From: Takakia lepidozioides
Taxonomy: Eukaryota > Plantae > Bryophyta
Direction of reading: 5' to 3'
Assembly (NCBI GenBank): GCA_030704615.1
Contig: CM060733.1
Coordinates: 1,116,001-1,180,000, forward strand
Length of the DNA stretch: 64,000 bases
In this document: positions 27,201-39,200 of the stretch, one piece after another
Numbering within the stretch: position 1 is the first letter of the stretch
How the letters are laid out: each line of letters starts with the position of its first letter
Made by a program: the position numbers and the translations under genes
The notes under the pieces: model-generated
What the model saw: the letters and a program-made list of their open reading frames with translations, nothing else
What the model was told of the DNA's origin: nothing
Databases searched by the model: none

Positions 27201-30200
27201 GATTTCACTGTTTATTCAGTGGAACCCAAACTCTCACTGATGTCTTTCACTATGAGGATAAAAAATGCGTGGCAGCCTACCTACACGAGGCCTTCACCCT
27301 TAGACAATCGCTAGAACATTAATTGTGGTTTCTGGATTTGTTCCTCTCTCATGTTTTCTTCCATTTTGTCCCATAAACTCTACGAGCTTTCCGCGGACGT
27401 TATAAAGCACCATTTCATTTCATTTCTCTGAGCAGGTAGCCCAGTGGTTGGGTGTTTGTGGTGCACAACCTGGGTGATTCTGGGTTCAATCCTTCAACAT
27501 GTGCCTTCAGACCGTCCATTGGGCCCTCGATGGCCTGTTTGTTGAGCAGTAGGCTCTGTAAATTCACTGGACGTTAAAGAATCTTTATTGGACGTTATAA
27601 AGTACCATTTCATTTCATTCATTTCATTTCTCTTCCCCTATCCTCTCGTGGTGGCCTTTCTCAAAGCTTTCAGCTATGAGGACCCAAACTACCTGGCAGC
27701 CTACCTGCATCAGGAACTTCATCTTTGGATAATCTTTTCTGAAGCGCTTGTTGTTCTACTTTGTCCCCATGTGCCCTTGGAGCCCAGTGAATGAATGGAA
27801 TGGAACAGAAGGTACATCCCACCCTGTTTCTCCTGTATGGTCAATTGGGAGTTATACAAGCAGCAGGCTGGCTAGACTGGTCTCCTGCTCCCTGACTGCA
27901 CTGTAAAAGCACTGCTCTTAAACTGCCCTAAGCCAAGAGCCATATGATTCACAAACCACATGCCTAGGAAAAGCTAATACTACTCCAGTGCTACACCATC
28001 CAATAACTAATAATTTTTCATATTCAACCCTACAGTACTGCCAATGTCATTCCAAATCATCAGGTGGGTAACACAATTTCAAATTCAGTGGCACTATGTG
28101 GAGTGCCATAGTCTGAATCAGCAAGAATCAGCTCAGCTTCATTGAAAAGGCGGGTATGACCTCCAGGTCATATCCTGGACTACCCAGGTGAGCATAATCG
28201 CTGGCATGAATGAACAATTGATTTTTTGTCTTCAGTTTTCTCCCAACAGAATAGATACATTCCACAACTGACCAGCAGGAAGGTCTCAGAGTTAGTATGT
28301 TCACAGCTGCTACTCAGAGACATATAATTGTGAAGTGTCCACTTGCAACTAAGACTCTCGGAGATGGTACTTACATAAACCTTCCGCTCCTTGTTGTTGC
28401 CCCATTGTGACATGTCTGTCAGAGCTCGCTGCAGGACTCGAATGGCACACGTCTTGCCAGAGAATGAGAGACCCACAAGCATAAGCCCATGCCGGACAAT
28501 AATCATCTCATACAGCTGTATGAGTTTCAGCATGAAATAAGCAGTTGGTTGCAGATTCATCTGCTTGCAGTTATCCATGATTGCTCTGTTTAAGAGGGTG
28601 TAATCAGGCTCAGGAAGGACCACACCAGGGAACAGGTCGGAAACAATACCATTGAAAAGGGGCACATCTTGAGATAAGAATTTGCACAAGTTGACATCAA
28701 TAATTGAACGAAGCATTAAAATGAACTCCTCTTCCTCGGGATACCGCTGTTTAAGGTTAGATGCAGCACGTAGCACAGCCATCACTGCCCTCATACCATA
28801 ATCATAGTGATCTTGACTTGAGAGCTGCTCACTGCAAAGACGGTAGGTAGCCACGATCTTCCGTGCAGAGTCCCGTGCCTTTTGGAAACAACCACAAGGA
28901 ATATAAAGAGAAACAGATACTTAAAAAACTCAGTTGAGTGTCATAAAAGTTACCATAAAAAAGCCTACAGGTAAGCAATCCCTTACTTTCAGGGCCCATC
29001 TAATTAAGAGGGCTTTATTAAGTGGCCTTGTTATGGACATTCCCACCCACCATCACACCCCTTAGTAAACTCATAATAGGAATGGAAAGGGGCACTACAT
29101 TGTCCCCCACCGCCACGCTTTGCAAAACTCCCTCCCTAGCCTAAGAGTGCCACCTGACCACTCACAATAATGATGGCTCCTCACAAACAACCAAGCTGGC
29201 TACGACATCTAGCATACAGCAAATGAGTCAGGCATATCCCACTGCCCAGCAGGCCCTCAAATCCTACTATGTGCTGCACTCATGGTGATATACACGGCCA
29301 TCCAATTGCTACAGAGCTTCACAGACAATCTGACATCTCTGTTTCTCTTTACTACTATATTCTATACCTATTGGCAGAACAACCATCCTGACAAACTTAT
29401 CACAGCTATATTTGACCATGTCATCAACATGCAGGGAGACAAGAAGCAACCCTTCCCCTCATGGGACCCACCAAGTATGCCCAGCCGGACACACCCTTGC
29501 TGGCTCTGATCACATTCTCCTGCACTACCTGAACCTGCTCTTATCAGATATATGGACACCTGTCTCACCAATGAAATTACCACCTAGGCCAAAGCCTTCT
29601 TTGAGTACACAAAGACTCACATCACTAAACGGATGGACTCAATTATCCACAATCAAAATCTATCCGACCACATTTGGTCATCCCCAGCTCTGATGAATGT
29701 TAAGCACTTATCACAACCTCCAGATCTGACAGGTTCCCCATGGCTGCTGCCCTGCAACTGTGACACCCCACCACCAATCCCCAGCCTGGTCGACTAGATA
29801 TACTACTATCCAGCAGCCTCCCATTAGGGCCATACCAGTCTTAAAATCTAATTCATTGCATGACCATTTCCCTGTCAATTACACCCAAGAAAATATCCTC
29901 CACTCCAGACAGCTATTTGATTTGTACTGTATGTTTGCATGCAAAGAGCCCAATCCCGACAGCAGAACAGTACCCACAAAGGGACGAGGCTCTTGTTTGC
30001 TGGCTTCGGCCAGAGTCCTGAGGGAAGAATGGGGCAATAGAAACTAAATTCTATTTTCAACTAAGGAAATACACAGCACTTCAAAGGAGAATATTATGGA
30101 TAATGATCTAAGGCAGCCCAAACGGTTACATAGTCATAAGCGAAATACAACCATGTACCCACTTGTAACGACACTCCCATGTACTGAAAGCAAAGGCACA

Positions 30201-33200
30201 ACTTACATTGAACAAAGCCAACAGGAATATGGAATTCACCTGCAAGTAACCACTGCTGTAGAGCATGATCTCACTGATCATAGCATAGTCAGGAACCATC
30301 ATAGCTACAGTTCGGAAGAGTGCCTTCAAATTATCAGGCAACTCACTGCGACCGGCATACCCCGGGTTCATTGTGATGAAGACATTACATGTGGGTTTCA
30401 AAATCAGCTCAGAACCCTCAAATACGAAGTTCTTTACTTTATTCTGGACTGCAATTTGAATCTCAAGCACCTGATGAACAATTCGAAGTTTTTCCATCAA
30501 CTTTATGCAGCAAATCGATTGCACGTTGCATACAAATGACGAAAGTTACAGCGGCAGGGTGCAATTGATGAAATATACCTATCTGACACGGGAGCCAAAA
30601 AATGACATGAAGGTAAACAGGAAGTTCAGATTGTACTCATAAGACGTTGTTTGCCGTAGCCTTGTGGCCATTGACCCCGCGCCCAGTTTGAGCGGGAACA
30701 AAAGGGACAGAACCTACCTCTGTCAGGGGCTGACGTTGGTAGTAAGACTTACCTCCATATAAAGAATTAATCCGGGTTTTCCAGATATCCTCTAGAAATC
30801 CCTTCACACAAGCATCAATCTGCTGTGTGTGATTTGCCCAAAAACTAGGCCTCAGGAGGGCCTGGGCTTTTGGCTCAGCCTCGAGACTTTCAAAGTTGGT
30901 AAACAGGGGTACAGGCACAATTCCCTTAATAGATTTGAAGAGAGCGTCTCTTTGGTGAGAGAACCCCGGACAGTGTATCAGAAAATGAATACTGTCTTCA
31001 GATTGCCCACACAACGGGCAATTGCACTCTCCCGTTGCAAGTTCAGAGACCATCAACATGAAAATAGTGACAGTATGGACTCTTGGGTAACTACCTCCTC
31101 AAATAATAACTACCTCCTCTGCCACTTCTACTGGACAACTGCCTCCTCAAATACAAAAATGTAGCAGGGGATAAGACTATTTAAGTAGTGCACCTGTTGA
31201 GCAACCACAGACAAGACCTCCAGGTCTATTCGATTGAACTCATCAAAGCATGCCCATGCACCGGATGCTGCTAGCCCCTTGAAGAACTTGGCCATAGCCA
31301 AATAGTCCAGACTGTCACTGCAGTTGAACACTACACACTGCCTCGCTAGTGCCTACACCAATTTACCATATTTCAAATCACTAGACAACTTAAATAAGCC
31401 ATATTACATCAGTAGTAAATTAAGAGACCATGCCTCCCAACGTTATGGCTACACAGCAAGAATTAATGACAACTGAACACTGCCAGCAATACATGACTGC
31501 AAACACCAGTATAGTGCCTGGGCTGTTGTAACGAAATTAGCGATAAGCCTAGGTACAAGTAGCTGTTTGCTAAACCACATTTTTCACTGTGGAAAAAGTT
31601 GCATTATAAGTCACAGACACATACCATGTAGTTACAATTCCATATTGGATTCCTTGAATTAATAGGTAGATCAAATTGAGCACATCTTGATCATGCAATA
31701 CGTTACCTTGGCCAAATCCTTTGTGGTTTCGGTCTTCCCAGTACCAGCAGGGCCCTCGGGAGCGCCTCCTAAATTCAAATGGATTGCACCCATCAATGTG
31801 CGGTAACACCTGCACAGATTTGAACAACCTTAATTTCATCATAAAATTTGAACAATGGCTAGGAATTGCAACCTCACAGCTTGGCAAGATAAGTCTTTAT
31901 TGTTTACAGATCTAGTACAGTTCAAAATGTGGTCCTTCCTTCCTTCTAGGGGACTGTTGGTATAGAACTCGTACTTCCCATGCCTAACCTGCGCATGCAG
32001 CTACAGAAAACAAATAGTAGCATTGAAGAGAGCGTGCTAACTGATCTAACTGATCTGTGATGGATACAAAGCAAGAGAGATAGTCAGACGTCTTGCCTGT
32101 CAGTCAGGGGTGTAATAACAAGGCGGGATGAGTTCCCCAGATACTCATACCCATATTCAATGCCTGCATTCATCATACGCACCATGCATGTGTTGTTTTC
32201 CCAATACATACGCAACTGGCTCTGCCAGAGGAAATCTGTCTCCTTGTTCACACCCTCCTTGGCCAGCAAAGCTATGGTGTCGCGGGCATGGACATCCATA
32301 ACCACCAGTGCACTAAGTGTCAGCCTATTCATACTAGTAAGCTCTCCACGCACCAAGTTGACAATACCACCCAACTGCACTGTGCAAAACTGTTCAAACT
32401 CTGAGACAGCATTGCCCCCTGCTATGATTCTCTCTGTTGCAGCACTCGTCCAATAGATTGCACTCACCACAAGGACCACTTGGCCAGGCCACTCAAGCAC
32501 CCACTTCTCCCTTTGAGTGTTTGCATACGCTTCTACCGCCTTTAAGCACTGTTCTTGCACAGATTGGAGCATGCCTTCTTCCACCTGACCTACAATTAGA
32601 ACCCCCAAATTAGAAAAAGAAAAAGAAAAACTACTTTTAAGCTGTGGAGATAGGTAATGCAACGTCATATACTACAACACTCACCACAGCTCACTGCTGC
32701 TTTTCAGAGCCTGTATACAGCACAAGTTAGACAGATCAGTGAATTAGTGGAAAGAGATTCTTTACATGATTTTCTGCACATATCAGCGCATGTAATCTAT
32801 CATAGAAATATTTTTCAAAGGTATCTGACCAAACATATGCTGGCTTGCAACACCGAAGAGGCCAAGAACAGTAGTCCTGCCTAATCTAGCTTTCAATGTC
32901 AAAGTGATAGTCCTGTAACATGTTGAAAACTTGTCAACAATCATCTTCAAGTCCTTCTGCAAGGATTTAGTGTGAAGTTGAAAGACTTCCTCATGCTAAT
33001 CCTTATGCTATTCATCTCAAAATTGTTGCTCCATATTTGGAGGTCATATGTCTTGCCTGCAACAGCCACCTCTCCACAGCTCCCTGGGAAGTTTTCGGGT
33101 TGAATTTCTCGACGAGGGCCACAATTTCTCCCTCAGCAGATATCATAGCAGTGATGTCTAGATTGGATTCAAACTGCAGCAAGCTGATGCCTTCAAAACA

Positions 33201-36200
33201 TTTTTTCAAGTGTGGTTGCACTCGCAGTGGATCCTTTGTCTCTGAAAGAATCTCAAGCATCTCATCATTTGAAAGGAAGAAGAAACGTGGGAATGCAATA
33301 CGCTTCACCTGGACAATTGAAACCTATTTAGGGTGACATTTTCATGGAGTTCACTTGCAAAAACCATGATATCTATTGAATATGAAACGTCTAACCTCGT
33401 GAAAATTCTGTCACTCCCATTCAGTTTGTTGGATCTTACTCTCGCATATTCTACATGAGGCAGCCGTCTTTAGTTCTGAAGGAACACACTTATCTACATT
33501 AAGAAACAGTTTAGCAAGCTAAGTAATGTCCAGGAAGATATTTGTCCAGGGCCATCTCATCTGCACCAAGGATCCTTAATTCTGTCTTTGGCTTGGAAGG
33601 CCAGCTAGGGTGGGAAATGCAGCTGCATGCATAGTTTCTGGTGTGGAGGGTATTTCAGAAGAAAAAGATTGCTAGTAGCCTCCATATGTTTCCTTTTCCT
33701 TTGTAAATGTTGACAGCAGTGGGGTTCTGTCTCAAGAAAATACCAAATTCAAAGTCCAGGCATGGAACACTTACCCTATCCTGAAATCACAATTGCATTG
33801 AATTCAAATTCAAAGACAAACCCAGCAACTGTGACAAGAATGATAGACCTACACATGATCTAATAACAAGCCAACAGAAAAAGAAGAGAACCTCCAAGTA
33901 TTGTGCCAGTCCTTTGTTGATAATTTCCAAGAGCCTATTTGCTTCTTGGAGTTTTGCAAGTCTTTCAGTATCTTTGGCAGCATCTAAGCAGCCTGGAACG
34001 GCATATGTTTTTTTCATCACGTCACGCCATGTCTGATCAACTGTCTGAAATAACTCTCCTTCTGTTGGCATTTGCCTCATAATATCTCTTGACCCAAAAA
34101 TGGGTCCCAAGTATTGCCAGGTTGCTTGGCAGTTCAACCAGTTATCCACCAAAGCCTGCCCGCCGTTAAAGATACATTTTAAGATCTCTTCATCTCTCCC
34201 CATTTTGTTTATTAGCTGGAGAACCTGAGAAAGACTTGCCTATGCATCAACTCCGGCTTCTGTGATCCCCCATGAGGCCAGAGGAGTACTGGAGTCGGCG
34301 GTATTGCTAATTCATTTCTATCCCTAGAAACATTTCCAAAATCAAGGGAGATGATAAGCTGAACAGTCAATAAGGCCCCACTTGTTCTGTATGCACATAA
34401 GAAAGAAAGGAAAAAAGTGATGTTCATATCTCACTGTGAAACAAACTTCCTACAATAGGAGAAATAAATAAATAAAGTCAAAATCAGAGAGAGAAGCATC
34501 CACACAGCCTCCTGATGTAAAAACTGTTGGAAAACCACTGGCGTGTGTTCGGGCTAGGGATTGAACCTAGGACCTCCCCCATTCAGGTGGGGTGCTCTAC
34601 CACTGAGCTACCCGTCCCGTTCTGTTCTCAGAGTGTCGTGCAAGGGCTACAGCCTTGACACCTCCAACACTCCCCCTCAAGGCATAGCCCTTATGCTAAT
34701 GCCCACCCATTCTGACCACCGCCCCAACCTTGGCTCTGATACCATGTTGGAAAACCACTGGCGAGTGGTCGGGCTAGGGATTGAACCTAGGACCTCCCCC
34801 ATTCTGGTGGGGTGCTCTACCACTGAGCTACCCGTCCCGTTCTGTTCTCAGAGTGTCGTGCAAGGGACACCTCCAACAAAAACAGCCCTTGTGGCAGGAT
34901 GATCTCAAACACCTACCTTAAGCCCAGTTCATGTTGACATTTATGCCCAGAAACTTTCCCTGTGAGACATGCTATCGCATTCACTACCTCTGACAGTTCT
35001 AAGGTTGAAAAAAACATATCATAGTACGTCAATACCAGCCCACACCTACCTGCAGATCAAGAACAATTTTGCGCCAGGTAAATGCCTGATATTCAAATGG
35101 CTTGACGAAAGGGGAGGCACACATTGAAAGGATTTTCACGGTTTGGTCATCCAAAATCATCTGAATGTCATCTATGCCCCCAACAATAAATGTTCCTGAA
35201 TCTTTGTATGGTAGAACAACAAACTCAATGCCATTCCAATCATTCAGCATTTTCTCTAAGGATTTCTCAAAAGAGTACTCTTTACTCGCAGCGCCACTCA
35301 GATTTCGGACCTACAGATAAGAGACCACGTCTGGTTTTAGTCTCCATACATGTCGCATTGCTCATTTAGTTTGTTGGCAATAGAAGTCAGACATGCAAAG
35401 CTAGGCATTGAAATTTGTTGGTCAATCTTGATGTTAGTCCCAAACTCACCACATACAAAGATAAACATATCTGTAGGTTACTGCTATATTCTTTCATCTG
35501 TGGACTTGCAACCAAGAAACACTTTAGTTACAGTAGATGAGTAAATGAATCGCAGTTCCCCGACTGTGCTCCAGCCATGCCCAGGGGAGGTCTGCTGGAA
35601 TGTCTTCCCTTTAACTTGAACGTAACCAATTATGGACTGTAAACATGGCTCGTCTCAGGAGTGAGACAGAGAGAAGAGACTCGAAGCGTAAGAGCCACTT
35701 CCCCTTGTGGGTACTGCCCCTATCGGGATGGGCAGGAGTGATAAAACTTGCGCTGGCAACCGTCATGAGAGGGTTGGTGCGACTCGATAACCCTCATGGA
35801 AGACCACCAGCTGGGATGGGATCACGAGAAGTAGACTCTGTAACTTACCCACCAGAGATACGATGCCCATTCACAACAGTAAGAGCTTGCAAATAGAACC
35901 AGGAACTGGGAACAGCAAGGACAAATGGCCGCACAGTAAAAACGAGATATACCTCCTCAATCTTGTCCATGATCCCATATGAGAGAAGGTCGTTGGTACT
36001 GAAAGGAATTTCTGATGAGTAAGGTTTTTCCATCAATGTGAATATCTGTTTCCAGTGACGGTCCTTCAAAGCGGGATTGGCCACTTCCTCCATTAGGGGC
36101 ACAACCTGTCCAACTCACCAGCACAATGGCAGCCTCAGGGGTTGCCAACCATCTACCATGTGCTCCACCTTTTCCTTTGTTTTCTTTATCTCCATTTCAT

Positions 36201-39200
36201 TTCTCTTTGCATCTTGTGTTCAACAGCTCACCCTTTCCAATCCCATGCAGGCCCTTACCACTGGCACATTCACTGGCAATAAATTCCACTCCGCTTGACA
36301 AGGAAGAGAATTCATACATTCCCATCTATCTGACCTGCCAAACCAAATCATGCTTCCCTCCCATACTGCTTAATTACACAACTTTCCAAACAAACATTAC
36401 ACAAGATTAGGTGTGGTACCTTCTTGAATTCATCGATTGTATCCTTTAGCCTGTAGACAACAGTATCCTCTTTGTTAGCCTTCCCCATTCTGAAGGCGTC
36501 CTTCGCATACTCGTCAGTTTTACTTGTGATTAATGAGGCCTTCAATTGTTGGACAGGACAAGTGCGCCAATCAGTTGTCATGATTATCCAATCATTAAGG
36601 GCCCTCCAAACATTCCATCTTAGGGCAAACTCCTTTTGCGTCATTAGCAAGTTCCCCATATCATCAACTGCCATCTGTAAAACCAAAGACATGGAGAAAT
36701 GCTTTAGAACTACATTCCCTTTTTTGGGGTAATGACATGGCTGCTCTGGTTTGACCCCCAAAAGACTGTTATAGCATGTAAATTTGCTTCTGGTACTGGG
36801 CAATACCTTGTCTTTGATACAGTGCAGTAGTCTGGACCAGGCACCATTTAGACTTCTTTCCAACCAACACAAAACAAAAAAGGAAGGAAATGAAATGAAT
36901 TGGTAATTTGTAACGTCCACAGAAAGCTCAAAGAGCTTATGGGACAAAATGGAAATAAACATGACAGAGGAAACAAAACTAGAGCCAAGAAAAAACTACT
37001 GCTTGAGGAATTGTCTAAGGGTGAAGGCCTCCTGCAGGTAAGCTGCCAAGCATTTCTGATCCTCATAGTGGAAGACTTCAGGAAGAAAAAAGATTATATC
37101 CCTGGACGCCCAAAAACAAGATAGGAAGAAACAAATTAAATGAAATGAAATGGTGTTTTGTAACGTACGCGGAAACAAATGAAATGAAATGAAATGGTGC
37201 TTTATAACGTCCGCGGAAAGCTCGTAGAGCTTATGGGACAAAATGGAAGAAAACATGAGAGAGGAACAAATCCAGAAACCACAATTAATGTTCTAGCGAT
37301 TGTCTAAGGGTGAAGGCCTCGTGTAGGTAGGCTGCCACGCATTTTTGATCCTCATAGTGAAAGACATCAGTGAGAGTTTGGGTTCCACTGAATAAACAGT
37401 GAAATCTCCCACGGATCTCGTAGTATAGAGGGCAGTAGAAGAAGAAGTGTTCTTCAGTTTCAATTTCCTTGCTGCGCCCTATGCAAGCTGGACATAGGCG
37501 GTCCTCCCGTTGCAGGTTTTCCCATCTGCCAGTCTCTATCCGTAGGTTGTGGGAACCCACCCTGAACCGCCCCAATGCCCTCAAGAGGGAAGGAGATAAG
37601 GGTGCTGACAGGTAATTTGGTCTCAAGATTCTATCATCGCGGAGCACCAAGAATGTCTCTCGATAGAAGTGGAGCTTTGTCGTGAGATTGGGTAGCATCC
37701 AAGTTCTCTTGACATGTAATTCCATAAGCTCTCTCCGAATGAGTCTGTTGCGGTCATGTCTGGATGTGATGTCCACCTCATCTGGGTTCATTGGTAATAG
37801 GAAAGCAGTAGAAAGTCCGTTACGTTGAAACAAAGAAAGAAAATTTCATAACATCGACAAGGGACCACAAGTAGAACAGCCAAACAAGAGATAGGGAAGA
37901 GCTCAGTGCAGATTCTACTCTATGCCGAAGTAGAACAAAAAGGATGGAATATCTGATTAAACCTGGAACAGCTTCTGATAGCTCTTGTATCGATCAGTTG
38001 TATCCTTTATTTCTGTTATGCGGTCATTGATGTGTGTGAGGTCCGCTACCACCTCAACAGGATCAGATTCGGGCACCAGAAACTTGCCAGAATGGAGGGT
38101 TCCCAAAATGGTCATTAGTTCCTCATTTATGAGCGTTATTTGTTTGTCCAGCTCAGCCATCTGTGCACCCTTGTTCTTTTCGATGTAAATATCAGCACCC
38201 TCAATAGAATCTTCATACTTGATCACAATTTCATGCAAATCGTCCAACTTGACTTGGTCGTTGGTGGGTATTTTGACCTCATAGGCTGCCAGCAAGGAAT
38301 ACATGTCATCTATGGTGGAGGCATCCTGGAGCGCTTGCTTCTTGCCCTCCATCATCTTCAGGTACATCTGTCAAAAACATAGACAAGCCCGTGGGAGGTT
38401 CAAAACAGCAACTCCACAGCATCATGAGCCAACTCTGTCCACCAATTGTTACATGTATTTCTCAGCAAATGGAAATCTTAGTACACTTTGCTTAATGAGA
38501 ACCCTTATTGCTTACACATCCATTGCACCTATAGTCTAGGATAATATTCCTCCCCTCTTACTCTGCTCATTCAGGTGCCATGTCTCAATCAGATCCACCA
38601 ATATTTCAAAACTAAGTGATGTTCCCAAAGATTGTCAGTAACAGGTAGCAATGTCATGAAGAATGGTCCAGAAGTTTTCTTACAATGACAAAGGACACAA
38701 AAGCATCCAATTGTGTAGGCCGCACATCAAGCTGTTTAATCCTATCTTGAAAGGCAGTGAGCACTGTTATGGTGTCTTCCTTTGAATTGTGAACGAGAAG
38801 TGCGATAGTGGTATCTAGAGTGCGGATAGTGATAGGGATCAAGTGATTCCGTAGTGACTTAGAGTCCACATGCAGCACTCCAACCAGACTGCACAGACAT
38901 ACATGACACTCCACATGGTAAGTTTTAAGTTTTCCAGTGGTACACACTAATGTGTTGTGCCATGTCACCTTTCTCACGCTATTTACGTTGCACAGTTCAA
39001 AACAGTGTGTGCTGGGAACTCCTATAATGTTTGAATCATCTGGTAGATGTCAGCAGAAACATGTGTGATGGTTACTGATGAATTGAAGGCCAGGATTCTT
39101 AACAGTGACCCACTTTCCAATGCGCATCTTCTCGAGCACAATCCGCCATTCGCGCTGTTTCGCCATCTCTTCTCTGTACATTCGCACAGTCCGCTTCTCA

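Noticed and set aside
29000-29900. C/A-skewed intronic stretch with short ORFs
   Set aside because: Probably an old TE remnant, but no diagnostic motif, terminus or TSD could be identified.
34547-34837. Two functional tRNA-Ser genes
   Set aside because: Both lie inside LTRs, lack U33 and a proper anticodon-stem closure, and have no long variable arm or T-run terminator.
35750-35790. SAM-I riboswitch or group II intron start (ggcaacc...ggtgc; gtgcg)
   Set aside because: The P1/P2 kink-turn elements and domain V are absent. Only short motifs match.
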